This document shows positions 8,660 to 18,791 of a stretch of 64,000 nucleotides of DNA, piece by piece. The notes below the pieces were generated by a model. That model saw nothing but the letters and a program-made list of their open reading frames with translations, was not told the DNA's origin and searched no databases. How positions within the stretch are numbered: position 1 is the stretch's first letter; each line of letters opens with the position of its first letter. Made by a program: the position numbers and the translations under genes. The stretch lies in the IMG/VR virus record IMGVR_UViG_3300014208_001433, positions 1 to 64,000 of that record; one strand, given 5' to 3'. This DNA comes from a virus.

Positions 8660-9761
8660 TACAGCAACAATCGAAAAATCAAAAACAGAAGCGAACGAGA
8701 ATAATTTACCACTTGTTCAGGATAACAGTTCACTTTCCACTTTTCTTCGTAAAGTTGAAAGAATAATGATCCCCTTGGTGCCGGAGATGTTGAATTTTGT
8801 AAAACCGGAATTGAAACTTGGTTTTGAAAAGATCAATGTAATAAAGGAGAGAGATGCATATTACGTTCAAGGGGGTTACGCGCTAAAATTAACAAAGCTT
8901 AATGAAATAGCAGTAGCAGCCGGTATTCAAATTTCTTGCGGAAGAAATCCCGAAAAATTTTATGATGATGCGGGAAGGATTACAAATGTTAAACATTATG
9001 TGCAGTGGACCTACCGGAACATTGACGGATCAACGAAGCGGGGAGAAATCAGCGGAGAATACAACTACGCCGAAGATATCCAAAAGTTTACAGCCAAAGA
9101 AGATAAGCTTGACGACAAAGGAAAAGTAAAACTTCCAAAAGGGGAAATTGATTGGAATTCAGTTAACCAGCGCCGGGCAAAAGCGGGACAACTTGCTGAA
9201 AGTAATGCCATTTACAGAGCGATAAATAAAGCATTACCAAAATTACGAGGAACATACACAGCCGAGGAACTTAAGAAACCGTTCCTTGTACCTTGTGTAA
9301 TTGAAGATATTGCGGATATTTTGGCAAAACATCCCGAGCTGGAGAATGAATATCTTAGAAAGAAATTAGGGCTTGCCGGTATGCTGTATGCAGATCCGCA
9401 GCAAGTTGAAAAAGTAAAGAATGAATTTAGAACATCAACTCCGGCTCCAATGTTTGAAGAAAAGCCGAAAGCGGAAAAGATTGAGGATGCAAAAGTGATA
9501 GAAGAAAAGCCGAAGGCAGCGGAAAGAAAGGTTGAAGACCCGGACGAAAAACTTTTCCCTCCCGGAATGGTTGATAAGAATGAGCGGGCGAAGTTTTACG
9601 CGGAGCAGTTCAAAGATTCGCCGCAAGAAGAAAGAACGAAAGTAATTAATGATTTGATTGCAAAGAAAAAGTTTGAGCGGAAAAACAAAGCAACGAGCAT
9701 CGATACTTACTCCGTAGCAAAGCAGATTGAGTTTATAGAAATGCTTTGGAAACTCCCATAA
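8652..9761 (+). CDS. Putative single-strand annealing/recombination protein
   Basis: Lies ahead of sbcD/sbcC; AESNAIYRAINKA helix and low-complexity C-terminal linker. Confidence 0.4.
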   Translation: MSNTATIEKSKTEANENNLPLVQDNSSLSTFLRKVERIMIPLVPEMLNFVKPELKLGFEKINVIKERDAYYVQGGYALKLTKLNEIAVAAGIQISCGRNPEKFYDDAGRITNVKHYVQWTYRNIDGSTKRGEISGEYNYAEDIQKFTAKEDKLDDKGKVKLPKGEIDWNSVNQRRAKAGQLAESNAIYRAINKALPKLRGTYTAEELKKPFLVPCVIEDIADILAKHPELENEYLRKKLGLAGMLYADPQQVEKVKNEFRTSTPAPMFEEKPKAEKIEDAKVIEEKPKAAERKVEDPDEKLFPPGMVDKNERAKFYAEQFKDSPQEERTKVINDLIAKKKFERKNKATSIDTYSVAKQIEFIEMLWKLP

Positions 9762-9774
9762 TTAGGAATTAGGA

Positions 9775-9921
9775 ATGAAGTGCACGGTATGCAATAGAGA
9801 ATTAAAGAATCCTAAAAGCGTAGAAAAGGGAATTGGTCCGGTGTGCGAAGGCAAAGCGAACGGCAAAAAAGTTAGAGCGAAAAAAGCAAAAAAAGATAAA
9901 CAGCAATTGGAAATGTTTTAA
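9775..9921 (+). CDS. DUF6011-like Zn-finger protein (48 aa, not in ORF track)
   Basis: MKCTVCNRELKNPKSVEKGIGPVC...QQLEMF; CxxC-R-L-P-S-GIGPxC signature. Confidence 0.75.
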   Translation: MKCTVCNRELKNPKSVEKGIGPVCEGKANGKKVRAKKAKKDKQQLEMF

Positions 9922-9933
9922 AAGGAGTTCAAA

Positions 9934-10338
9934 TTGATTAAAAAGGAAAAATCATATCCGCAAAATGTTTTAGCGTTGGTTGATAAGGTCATGGGAGATA
10001 TTCAAAGAAATCTTGGTGAATTTAATACTTGCTCTTTAACCGCCGATAGCATTTTGCAATTTTGCATTAAACTATTAATGAAAGACCCAATCTTTGAACG
10101 TGAACACTTCGATGTAACAGCAGCAGAAGATGGAGACGAAATAAAACTTACACCTTTGAATCTATATAGCCTTTTGTGGTTAAATCACATTAGGGTCACT
10201 TACAAAGAAATCGAAGGGAAAAACGAATTCGAAACAATTATTGGGAAATTCTCAATTAGGAATAGACAAGCGTTATTTGTCCCAATAAAACCATTAGAAA
10301 TGGTTCATATTAAGTTAACCATCGAGGACAAACAATGA
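9934..10338 (+). CDS. Hypothetical protein
   Basis: AAAGGAG RBS before TTG; overlaps sbcD start. Confidence 0.6.
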   Translation: MIKKEKSYPQNVLALVDKVMGDIQRNLGEFNTCSLTADSILQFCIKLLMKDPIFEREHFDVTAAEDGDEIKLTPLNLYSLLWLNHIRVTYKEIEGKNEFETIIGKFSIRNRQALFVPIKPLEMVHIKLTIEDKQ

Positions 10339-11597
10339 AAAATCAACTTATAGGTTTATTTACCGCCGATTGGCACCTCGATAAAGACCCGAAACGAAAA
10401 AGGAAAGCTTGTGAATCGCTTGATCAGATAGTGGATTATGTGAAAAATAATCATGTCGATTACATAGTGCACGGCGGAGATTTTTGGGAAACAAAACAAA
10501 GTTTTGGTGAAAACAGCGGTGTTGAATATGGCTTTGAGTATCTACAAGAATTAGCCAAACATGTTAAAGCGATTGTTATAAATAAAGGTAATAACAACCA
10601 CGATTACCCTCAAAGTATTAGCCTTCTTGCAAGATTAGGAGAAAATATTTTTGCATACGAATATCCGATTTCGCTTGCGTTGTACGACCATGTTGATAAG
10701 ATACTTGGTGTTGATATTTTGCGCGAAAGTGAAGAAGAAACCGTTTACGCAGAAGAGCCGGAATTTATTGTAAACCTTATGCCTTATCCGACAAAAGGAA
10801 TGATAGTTAGGGATATGAGCATTGACGATAATAATAAAGAGTTTGGAGAAGTGTTTGACGGACTAATGGATATGTTCGGTATAACGAACGAGAGGTACAA
10901 GTGTCCGAAAGCATTTAGTTTTCACGGCAATGTAAGAGGAAGCAGATTAAGCACTGGACAGCCTTTAACCGGGCAAGACATAATCATTTCCCCTCTGTCA
11001 TTGCGAAAAGCTAAGGCAGATGTTTACGCATTTGGGCACATACATAATTGGCAGGAGTTTGCACCGGATATGTTTTACACAAGCAGTCTTTACAATTGCA
11101 ATTTTGGTGAGACGGAACAGAAATATTTTATTGTTAGTAAGTTCAATCAGACGGATGAAGGGGTAACAGTTTCATCCGAGAAAATAAAGTTTAAGACTGT
11201 CCGGCCAATGGTGAATGTAACGGCGGAATTCATTAACGGCGAATTTGTGATCAACCAGGAAGTGCCGGAGAACGCTGAGGTAAAGATAAAGTATAAGATT
11301 GAAGAAGATTTGCAAGATCAAGTTACCACAGCAAAAAAGGAAGAGTTAAAGGCAAGGTTTGGAGCGGATGCCATTCTTGAGGCTGATATTGTTCCTGTGC
11401 AGAGAGAAAGCCGCAGCGTAAAAATAATGGAGGCAAAAAATTTAGCTGAAGAATTTACCGAGTATTGCACCATTACCGGAAGAGATGAAGTGTTTAAGGT
11501 AAACGGCGATGCAAAAACACTTAAACGCAGTTATCGTGAAAAGATTGAGTTGATTGAGCAAGGCACACCGCCGGTAGAAGTGCCGGAAGAGTTGTAG
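10335..11597 (+). CDS. sbcD: SbcD/Mre11-like metallophosphoesterase nuclease
   Basis: ADWH, GGD, GNNNHD, FHG and GHIH motifs. Confidence 0.9.
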   Translation: MKNQLIGLFTADWHLDKDPKRKRKACESLDQIVDYVKNNHVDYIVHGGDFWETKQSFGENSGVEYGFEYLQELAKHVKAIVINKGNNNHDYPQSISLLARLGENIFAYEYPISLALYDHVDKILGVDILRESEEETVYAEEPEFIVNLMPYPTKGMIVRDMSIDDNNKEFGEVFDGLMDMFGITNERYKCPKAFSFHGNVRGSRLSTGQPLTGQDIIISPLSLRKAKADVYAFGHIHNWQEFAPDMFYTSSLYNCNFGETEQKYFIVSKFNQTDEGVTVSSEKIKFKTVRPMVNVTAEFINGEFVINQEVPENAEVKIKYKIEEDLQDQVTTAKKEELKARFGADAILEADIVPVQRESRSVKIMEAKNLAEEFTEYCTITGRDEVFKVNGDAKTLKRSYREKIELIEQGTPPVEVPEEL

Positions 11598-11663
11598 AAT
11601 AATTGAAAGTAAAAAGTATCCGCCAGAGGCGGATCAGCCTTCGGCTGAGAAAGGATTAAAAAT

Positions 11664-11978
11664 ATGAACTTTACTTTAAAGCAAAGAGCCAATTTTAAAA
11701 AAATGGTAAAAGCGAGGATGAGTTTAAGTAAAACCGATAATAAAAAATTGGTTTGGATGTTGCTGCAAACAGCTTTTTGGAATGAAAAGATAGAACCTCT
11801 TTCTGAAGAAGAATACATAATAGAAGAAATGAGTGACAGGCTGTTCCCGGAGTTTGACGGTGAAAAAGTTCTTCTTACAGATTACGGTTGGGCCACTCCC
11901 GAAGGTGAGATAAGATACCTTGCTGAAGGCGAAAAGAAAACAGTGGGAGAAATATTATTTGCAGAAATTGAGGTATAA
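11664..11978 (+). CDS. Hypothetical protein
   Basis: RBS; its TAA is the cassette insertion point. Confidence 0.65.
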   Translation: MNFTLKQRANFKKMVKARMSLSKTDNKKLVWMLLQTAFWNEKIEPLSEEEYIIEEMSDRLFPEFDGEKVLLTDYGWATPEGEIRYLAEGEKKTVGEILFAEIEV

Positions 11979-12173
11979 CGGCGTGGCGTTTCATTTGCTG
12001 AGCGTCATTGTAAGAAATATTATTTATTAAAAAGAGGTTATTTATGGAAAGCAATTCAAAAGAAGTATTAGACCAACTTACCGAATATTACAAAAGTGAT
12101 GAAGTCCAAAATTCTTTACAAAACCAAAATTTGACCGAAGAGAAGCGAGGTCAAATGGAAACGCAAGTTAGGC
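11973..12173 (-). mobile_element. attC-like site (reverse orientation)
   Basis: Minus strand: GCCTAAC-5nt-TTT(C)CATT-TG(A)C ... GCA-AATGAAA-9nt-GTTATAC; arms 11986-11997 and 12152-12164 pair with two extrahelical bases. Confidence 0.75.
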
Positions 12174-12391
12174 GGAATTTACCGGTATTGGGCTATTCCC
12201 CTTTAACTGAGCGTATTTATCTTGGGAGAGTGAATAAGAAAAGACCGAATGAATGGAGCGGAGAAAAACGAGATATGACAAGCAATTTTATACAGGTATT
12301 ATTACAGAAATTTGAACCAGGGACAGAGAGCCAAATTACAGTTGGCGGTAAACCAAAATATACAATCACTGTTAGGGAAATTTCCGCCTAA
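12044..12391 (+). CDS. Cassette 1 ORF, phage-type hypothetical protein
   Basis: Starts in the attC loop, ends on the TAA of TTCCGCCTAA|C. Confidence 0.7.
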   Translation: MESNSKEVLDQLTEYYKSDEVQNSLQNQNLTEEKRGQMETQVRRNLPVLGYSPLTERIYLGRVNKKRPNEWSGEKRDMTSNFIQVLLQKFEPGTESQITVGGKPKYTITVREISA

Positions 12392-12538
12392 CTACCAACT
12401 AAGCCGCAAGGAGAAAAAGATTGGAATTTACAGATGCAATAATGAAGCTAAGAAACCAAAAAGATGAGGATAGTTTTAGAAAATTAGTGGACAAAGATTA
12501 CAAAGAAAATTTTATGAAATGATAGGCACAAGTCGGTT

Positions 12539-12724
12539 TAACGTATCGAGCGTAAACGGCAAAAATTGAGAAAGAAATAACAATAATTATAGGAGATAAA
12601 ATGTTAGAAAAATTAAAAGCATTAAAAGCAGTTATTGAACTAACTGAAAGCAAAGTTGGATTAGAAACGGTAAAAGAATTAATTATGGAAATTGAAAACC
12701 GTCCAATTGAGCAGCAAGTTAGTC
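12539..12724 (-). mobile_element. Second (degenerate or hybrid) attC-like site
   Basis: Right arm G-T-CC-AATT-G-AGC-AGCAA-GTTAGTC (12701-12724) has the same spacing as the first site; left arm after TAAC (12539-12542) pairs only partly. Confidence 0.5.
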
Positions 12725-13092
12725 GTGAAGTTGGCGGACGAGAAAAGAATATTGTTAAAGATATTGCAACGATTATTAATCAACACAGCCGAGAAAATGC
12801 AAGCAACACACCAGATTTTATTCTTGCAGAATATTTAGAACGTTGCCTAATAACATTTGAAATGGCAAGTAACGCAAGAGAAAAATGGTATGGTAAAAAA
12901 TTGAGTATTGGTGGAACTGATAGCAATTTCCCGGAAGAAGGGATTCTTAAAGATATTATTTTCATGATACGATCTGAATTTTTGCTAAATACACAAAATT
13001 ATCCCAAAGAATATCATTCAATGGTTGATTCAAAAATCAAAAGATTAATCAAACAAATTAACGAAAAGTACAAAAGTAATTTTCCGGAATAA
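12601..13092 (+). CDS. Cassette ORF, phage-type hypothetical protein
   Basis: AGGAG RBS; SNTPDFILAEYL motif; ends TAA|C. Confidence 0.7.
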   Translation: MLEKLKALKAVIELTESKVGLETVKELIMEIENRPIEQQVSREVGGREKNIVKDIATIINQHSRENASNTPDFILAEYLERCLITFEMASNAREKWYGKKLSIGGTDSNFPEEGILKDIIFMIRSEFLLNTQNYPKEYHSMVDSKIKRLIKQINEKYKSNFPE

Positions 13093-13096
13093 CTAA

Positions 13097-14719
13097 ATGC
13101 CAAGATCATTAATCCCTTGGGAACATCCGCTGCGGGATTGGCAGCAGGACGCCAACGAAATAGTAATACGAAAAGTGAAAGCCAAAGAGCAGGATGCTCT
13201 GCTTGTTGCAACACCGGCATCCGGTAAAACACGAACGGCTTTGCGGTTTGCACATAAACTTTACTTCATGCACTACATAAAAAGAATTGTTGCGGTAGTT
13301 CCAACAGAGCATTTAAAAAAGCAGTGGGCGGAAGACGCGCATCTTTACGGGATTGATCTTGACCCGATGGTGGAGAACCGTATCGGAAAAGAAGGAAGTG
13401 ACTACCACGGAGTTGTGCTTACTTACGCACAGCTTGGTATGGACGCGGATATTCATAAACACTTTACGGATAGCACAAGCACCTTAGTAATTCTTGACGA
13501 AATCCATCATGCGGGAGAAAGTAAAACTTGGGGAGATGCACTAAGAACAGCTTTTGAGAATGCTTTTTTTAGATTAGCGTTAAGCGGAACGCCATTCCGG
13601 AGAGACAACAATCCTATCCCTTTTGTAAAATATGTAAATGATGTTAGTGTTTCGGACTATGTTTATTCTTATCAGCAAGCAGTTGAGGATAATGTTTGCC
13701 GGGCGATATACTTTCCAGCTTACGATGGAATTATGGAATGGCAGACGGATGGAGTGACTTACCGGCATAATTTTGAGGAACAGATCAGTCAGGCAAGAGA
13801 GAGCGAAAGATTAAGAACTGCATTAGATCCGAACGGCGAATTTATGAAGCAATTTTTTCTTGACGCAGATAAAAAACTAAATGAGATAAGGCGAAGCAAT
13901 CACCCGGACGCGGGAGGATTAGTATTAGCGATCGATCAAGAGCATGCGGCAAGAATTAAGAAGATGATCTTTGAGCTTATCGGAGAATCTACAACTATTG
14001 CGGTTAGTGATGACAAGAACGCGAGCAAACATATTAAGGAATACAAACGAAGAAAAGATAAATGGTTGATAAGCGTTAAGATGGTAAGTGAGGGTGTTGA
14101 TATTCCCAGGCTAAGAGTTGGTGTGTATGCGACAAATGTAGAGAGCGAATTATTCTTCAGGCAGGTTACGGGAAGGTTTATAAGAGTATTGGCACATCTT
14201 AAAAGTCAGGATGCGTATTTGTACATCCCTAAGCGGCACGAGCTGGTAAGATTTGCAAGAGAGATTGAACAGGAAAGAGACCATGCGCTGAATACCGCAA
14301 AAGAAAAATGTGATAAAGATTTGTTCGGGAAGGAAATTGAACCGAGAGAGAAGGAGCAAAAGGATTTCAAAGTAATTTCGGCAGAAGTAACCGGCACGAT
14401 GGAAATAAAAACAAATTTTACAGATAAGATCTCCACAATGTTTGGTTTACCTAAAGCAAAAGCCGCACAGATAGCACAGAGTATAGTACAGCAGCCAACA
14501 CAAGCAGAGATACCGGTATTTGAGAAGATAAAGACACTTAGGAAAGAGATAAACGATTTAGCTATGGTTTATGCCAAGAATCGCGGCAATGGCTCCGTAG
14601 ATTGGCAATTAGGGCATAAGGATTGGATTAAGTTGGGTGGACGAAGCATTGAACTTGAAACTATGCCCGAACTAATGAGACGGCGAAGATGGTTACAAAA
14701 TAATTTGCAGAAAAGTTAA
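13097..14719 (+). CDS. SF2 DEAD/DEAH-box helicase
   Basis: ATPASGKT, DEIHH, SGTP, EGVDIP, QVTGRFIR. Confidence 0.92.
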   Translation: MPRSLIPWEHPLRDWQQDANEIVIRKVKAKEQDALLVATPASGKTRTALRFAHKLYFMHYIKRIVAVVPTEHLKKQWAEDAHLYGIDLDPMVENRIGKEGSDYHGVVLTYAQLGMDADIHKHFTDSTSTLVILDEIHHAGESKTWGDALRTAFENAFFRLALSGTPFRRDNNPIPFVKYVNDVSVSDYVYSYQQAVEDNVCRAIYFPAYDGIMEWQTDGVTYRHNFEEQISQARESERLRTALDPNGEFMKQFFLDADKKLNEIRRSNHPDAGGLVLAIDQEHAARIKKMIFELIGESTTIAVSDDKNASKHIKEYKRRKDKWLISVKMVSEGVDIPRLRVGVYATNVESELFFRQVTGRFIRVLAHLKSQDAYLYIPKRHELVRFAREIEQERDHALNTAKEKCDKDLFGKEIEPREKEQKDFKVISAEVTGTMEIKTNFTDKISTMFGLPKAKAAQIAQSIVQQPTQAEIPVFEKIKTLRKEINDLAMVYAKNRGNGSVDWQLGHKDWIKLGGRSIELETMPELMRRRRWLQNNLQKS

Positions 14720-14791
14720 TACATGTATTGTTTTATAAAATAACATTTTTTAAGTTTGAGATACAGATTGAGCAAAATAAAAATTTTTCCC

Positions 14792-14862
14792 AACGGCAGT
14801 TTGACTTCCCTCGCATTAAAGCTCAATCTCTTAATGTGCAAACTGCCGTTCTATTTTTATTT
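14792..14862 (+). promoter_or_regulatory. Structured leader/attenuator before sbcC
   Basis: AACGGCAGTTTG/CAAACTGCCGTT 12-bp stem, inner CGCATTAA/TTAATGTG stem, T-rich tail. Confidence 0.55.
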
Positions 14863-14877
14863 CAAAGGAGTTCTAAG

Positions 14878-17622
14878 ATGAGATTACTAAGTTTAAAATT
14901 ACGCGGTGCCATCGGCATACGGAAAAAATTAGGTTTAGAAGAAATTGAAATTGATTTTAGCCAATTTGGACCGGGATTAATAGCCATAACCGGAGACAAC
15001 GGCTTCGGCAAAACAACACTGATTGACAATTCACAACCATACAGAGAACTCCCCAGCAAACCAGGAACGTTAGAAGAACACTTCGAATTAAAAAACTCAT
15101 ACCGCATACTAAAATTTTCATTTGACGAAAACATTTATGAATCAAAGTTAATGATTGACGCGCTTACCGGTAAAAGTGAAGCTTACTTATACAAAGATGG
15201 GATAGCCTTGAACGATGGACTGAAAGGAAGTTACGATAGAGAAGTGACTAAACTTTTCGGTTCACAAAAATTATTTTTCACGTCTGTTTTTGCAGCGCAG
15301 GCGAGTAAGGGAATTTTTTCTTTACAAGAAGGAGACTTGCGTAAATTATTTTATGAAATTCTTGGTATTAACGAATACAGCCCGCGCGAAGAAAATGCAA
15401 AAAAATATCTTCAAAAAGAGCAAAACAAATTAGAAGTTTTGGAACGCGAACTAAAAACCCTTACCGAAGAAAAAACAGAGTGCAATACTTCAAAAGAGGA
15501 TATCGAAAAGAAAATTTATGAACGGGAAGAAACCACCAACACGAAAAAAGAAACCGAAGCGAAAATAAAGTTGGTTAGGGAAGAGATAGAGAACTGCAAT
15601 ATTCGAATAGCAGAACTTAATCTTAAAATTGAACAGCAAGAAGAAATTACTGTAAAGATAAATGAACTTGTGGAAGATGTTAAATTCCTTGACGAGAAAA
15701 AAGAACTTGAACTTCAGGAAATTGAAGGGCAGAAAACGGCTGAGATAAACACATTCAACGCTTCGAATGAATTTGATAAACACATTAAGGAACTTGACAC
15801 AAAGAAGAACTTTCTTAATGAAGAAGCCGAGAAAGAGAAAACGGGAATCACTCAGCAGAATTTTGATTATGAAGAAGAAATTAAAAATAATGAAATTCAA
15901 AAAATATATTTTGAGACGAAGATAACCCGGAGTAAGACGATACTCGGGAACCAGGGAACGATTGCGTTAAATCTTGACGAAAAGAAAAAACGGAGCGAGG
16001 AAGCCGCAGAATTGCTTGCAAAAGAGAAAGAGCATCTTTTAGAAATTGGGAAATTGCAAGAGGGAAAAGAAGGGGAAGAAAAACTTTTACAAGTTTTGCG
16101 CGAAAGTTACGCGAATACGGATAAAGTCAAATCTCAGAAAGATCATCAACTTACTACGGTAAATGAGTTAATTGCATCTTTAGAGGAATTAAAGAAAACC
16201 GGGTTAGACCGGTTAAAGGAAGAAATCTCAACAATTGATAAAGTACCATGCAGCGAAGTTGTAGGACGGGGTTGTATGTTCCTTACAAGAGCGATGGAAA
16301 GCAAGGACAAGCTAAAAGATGTTGAGAATGATTATGATACTAAAATAGTAGGTAAGGAAGAAGAGCGCGATGCAATATTTTGGGAAATTGAAAACACAGA
16401 AGAGTTTTTGGCTGAGGCTGATGAAGAGATAAAAGCCAAAGAGAAGGAGATCAAAGAGAATTTTACCGATCAAATAGCATTGATAAATGAAGACGTGAAC
16501 GCATTGCGTGTAAAAATTAAGGAAGTTGCTGGAAAGTTAGCGGAACTTGCTAAAACTAATTGGGAAGAGCTTGATAAGGAACTTGCTGAAGCAGAAAAGA
16601 ACGCCGAGTTATGGGAAAACGAAATTAAGAGCATCAATCAGATAAATGAGGTTAAACGTAATAATATTAAGTCTTTGCAAGAAAGAGTTGTTAATATACA
16701 AGAAAGGCTAACAAATAACTTACAAGATGTTGAAAATCAAATACTTACCTATAAACAACTATTAGAAAAAGAAAAAGGAACGATCTTAAATTTCTTTTTG
16801 GAGAAGAAAAATAGCGCGGCGGCTAAGTATGATGAGAAGAAAGAAAATTTGAATAAAGATTTAGCGGCAAACAAATTAAAACTTAATGAGACGCTAAAAC
16901 CGGCGAGGATACATTGCGAACTGACTATTCGGACAAAAAGGGAAGAACTTGAAGAAGCGGAAATTATACTTAAAGAATTGGATAAGAAAATAAACGATCT
17001 CCAGATAGAGGTTGTTGAATTGAATGAAAAGTTAGTAAGAAAGCAGTTTTTAGAAGATCAGATAAACAGCAAGAACGGGGAACGATTATTTGTTGAGGAA
17101 GAAATAAAGCAGTGGAATGTCGTGCGGGAATCTATGTCAAAGACCGGAATTCCGGTTCTTAAGTTGGAAATCTCCGGATCTGAAATATCAAGGCTAACAA
17201 ACGAATCTTTGAGCTATTACGAAAACAAATTCCGAATAGTTTTTGAAACTACAGCTTTCACCAAGGATAAGAAAAAGCAGATAGAAGTATTTAAGATAAA
17301 AGTTTTGGATGAAGACGGTATTTGTAACATCATGTACAAGAGCGGCGGAGAGAAGGTTGAAGTTGAAACGGCGCTACAGCTTGCAATTGCTCATTTCAAG
17401 AGAACACAGGGAGCAATAAAAGCCGATACCGGATATTTGGATGAGAGCGATGGACCATTGAGTTTAAAAAATGCACAGCGTTATTTTAAGGTAATTGAAG
17501 AAGCGCACAAACGTTCTGGAGTTTACAATACAATAGTTATTACTCACCGACCCGAATTGATTGAGCAAATTCCACAACGAATTGAGCTGTATGACGGATA
17601 CTTTGAAATAATTAGGAATTAG
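14878..17622 (+). CDS. sbcC: SbcC/Rad50-like SMC ATPase
   Basis: GDNGFGKT, long coiled coil with central Cys pair, KSGGE, YLDESDG, VITH; AAGGAG before ATG 14878. Confidence 0.92.
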   Translation: MRLLSLKLRGAIGIRKKLGLEEIEIDFSQFGPGLIAITGDNGFGKTTLIDNSQPYRELPSKPGTLEEHFELKNSYRILKFSFDENIYESKLMIDALTGKSEAYLYKDGIALNDGLKGSYDREVTKLFGSQKLFFTSVFAAQASKGIFSLQEGDLRKLFYEILGINEYSPREENAKKYLQKEQNKLEVLERELKTLTEEKTECNTSKEDIEKKIYEREETTNTKKETEAKIKLVREEIENCNIRIAELNLKIEQQEEITVKINELVEDVKFLDEKKELELQEIEGQKTAEINTFNASNEFDKHIKELDTKKNFLNEEAEKEKTGITQQNFDYEEEIKNNEIQKIYFETKITRSKTILGNQGTIALNLDEKKKRSEEAAELLAKEKEHLLEIGKLQEGKEGEEKLLQVLRESYANTDKVKSQKDHQLTTVNELIASLEELKKTGLDRLKEEISTIDKVPCSEVVGRGCMFLTRAMESKDKLKDVENDYDTKIVGKEEERDAIFWEIENTEEFLAEADEEIKAKEKEIKENFTDQIALINEDVNALRVKIKEVAGKLAELAKTNWEELDKELAEAEKNAELWENEIKSINQINEVKRNNIKSLQERVVNIQERLTNNLQDVENQILTYKQLLEKEKGTILNFFLEKKNSAAAKYDEKKENLNKDLAANKLKLNETLKPARIHCELTIRTKREELEEAEIILKELDKKINDLQIEVVELNEKLVRKQFLEDQINSKNGERLFVEEEIKQWNVVRESMSKTGIPVLKLEISGSEISRLTNESLSYYENKFRIVFETTAFTKDKKKQIEVFKIKVLDEDGICNIMYKSGGEKVEVETALQLAIAHFKRTQGAIKADTGYLDESDGPLSLKNAQRYFKVIEEAHKRSGVYNTIVITHRPELIEQIPQRIELYDGYFEIIRN

Positions 17623-17631
17623 GAATTACGA

Positions 17632-18189
17632 ATGTTAGCTGATAGCCATAACATAACCATGACGCGCAAAGTTTATTCAGCATGGGCAGAAAGATTCAAC
17701 TGGAAACCGCTTGCTAAGAACGTTGCTTCGGTTTACAAACATGCGTATGGAGGTTTTGGTGTTGTGGAAAAATGGAAACCAATAACATGGGAGGAAGTAC
17801 ATAAGGAAAGAAGGGAAAAACAAGAAGCGCATCTTGAATCAATTAGACAAAGAGATGTTGTTGAAATTAAACCATGCTTTGTTTTTACTTTTTATAATTC
17901 AAGTAATTGGTTTTTCGGCGGGTGGTGGTTATATGTAATGACGTTGAAGAGAAATTTCCCGATAGGTTTTAGAGGGCAGAACAAACAACTCATCTTGCCG
18001 ATAATGAAATTATTCCCCTGTGGGTTTCTTCCGCTTGAAGAAAATTTTGAAGAATGGGCAGAAGAATTTGCGAGAATATACCACAGACCGACAAAGGAAC
18101 GGAAGAAGAAAATCGGCATGGTTGCGGCTTGGGCAAAAATTGATCGTGGATATCTTGTTGAAATTATGAAAGAGAGTGAAAAGATATGA
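17632..18189 (+). CDS. Hypothetical protein
   Basis: ORF in operon, Trp-rich. Confidence 0.55.
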   Translation: MLADSHNITMTRKVYSAWAERFNWKPLAKNVASVYKHAYGGFGVVEKWKPITWEEVHKERREKQEAHLESIRQRDVVEIKPCFVFTFYNSSNWFFGGWWLYVMTLKRNFPIGFRGQNKQLILPIMKLFPCGFLPLEENFEEWAEEFARIYHRPTKERKKKIGMVAAWAKIDRGYLVEIMKESEKI

Positions 18190-18779
18190 AAGAGCATCCA
18201 ATATTATTTTCAAATGAAATGGTTAAGGCAATTTTGGAGGGAAGAAAAACGCAGACGCGAAGAATGAATAAACTGGATTATATAAACGAAAATCCAGGTA
18301 GATGGAAATATGCCGGGATTGGTGGTCTTGAAGAAAATCCAAAACACTATTTCGAAATATCATCTGGGAAACATTCGGTTTATTGCCCTTATGGTAAAAT
18401 TGGTGATCAACTTTGGGTAAGGGAAACATTTGGAACAGATTTCTTTGGTACAATTTATTATAAAGCTGATGATTTGTTTGTACCGGTTGGAGCAAAGGCA
18501 AAATGGAAACCGTCAATCTTTATGCCTCGCAAAGCTTCAAGGATACAGCTTGAAATAGTTAATATAGTGGTTGAGAGATTAAATAACATTAGCGGCGTAG
18601 ATTGCATTGCTGAGGGTATTGATAAAGAATTATGCAAAGATTACAACCATGACAATATTTTTCTTGACGAGGAAGCGGCTAAAGAATATTATCAAGAACT
18701 ATGGGAAAAGATAAACGGAAAAGGCTCCTGGGAGAAAAATCCTTGGGTATGGAAAATAGAATTTAAAAGAATTAACTAA
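18186..18779 (+). CDS. ASCH/PUA-like phage protein
   Basis: PILFSNEMVKAILEGRKTQTRR, GDQLWVRETF, WKPSIFMPRKASR, NPWVW. Confidence 0.8.
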   Translation: MKEHPILFSNEMVKAILEGRKTQTRRMNKLDYINENPGRWKYAGIGGLEENPKHYFEISSGKHSVYCPYGKIGDQLWVRETFGTDFFGTIYYKADDLFVPVGAKAKWKPSIFMPRKASRIQLEIVNIVVERLNNISGVDCIAEGIDKELCKDYNHDNIFLDEEAAKEYYQELWEKINGKGSWEKNPWVWKIEFKRIN

Positions 18780-18791
18780 ACCGGTGACAAA

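Noticed and set aside
14728-14877. N-terminal extension of SbcC in the ORF track
   Set aside because: SbcC-like sequence begins at MRLLSL (14878) after AAGGAG; the upstream part is a structured leader
17634-17652. GTTAGC...CCATAAC as another attC remnant
   Set aside because: No L-box arms or extrahelical pattern; too short to support
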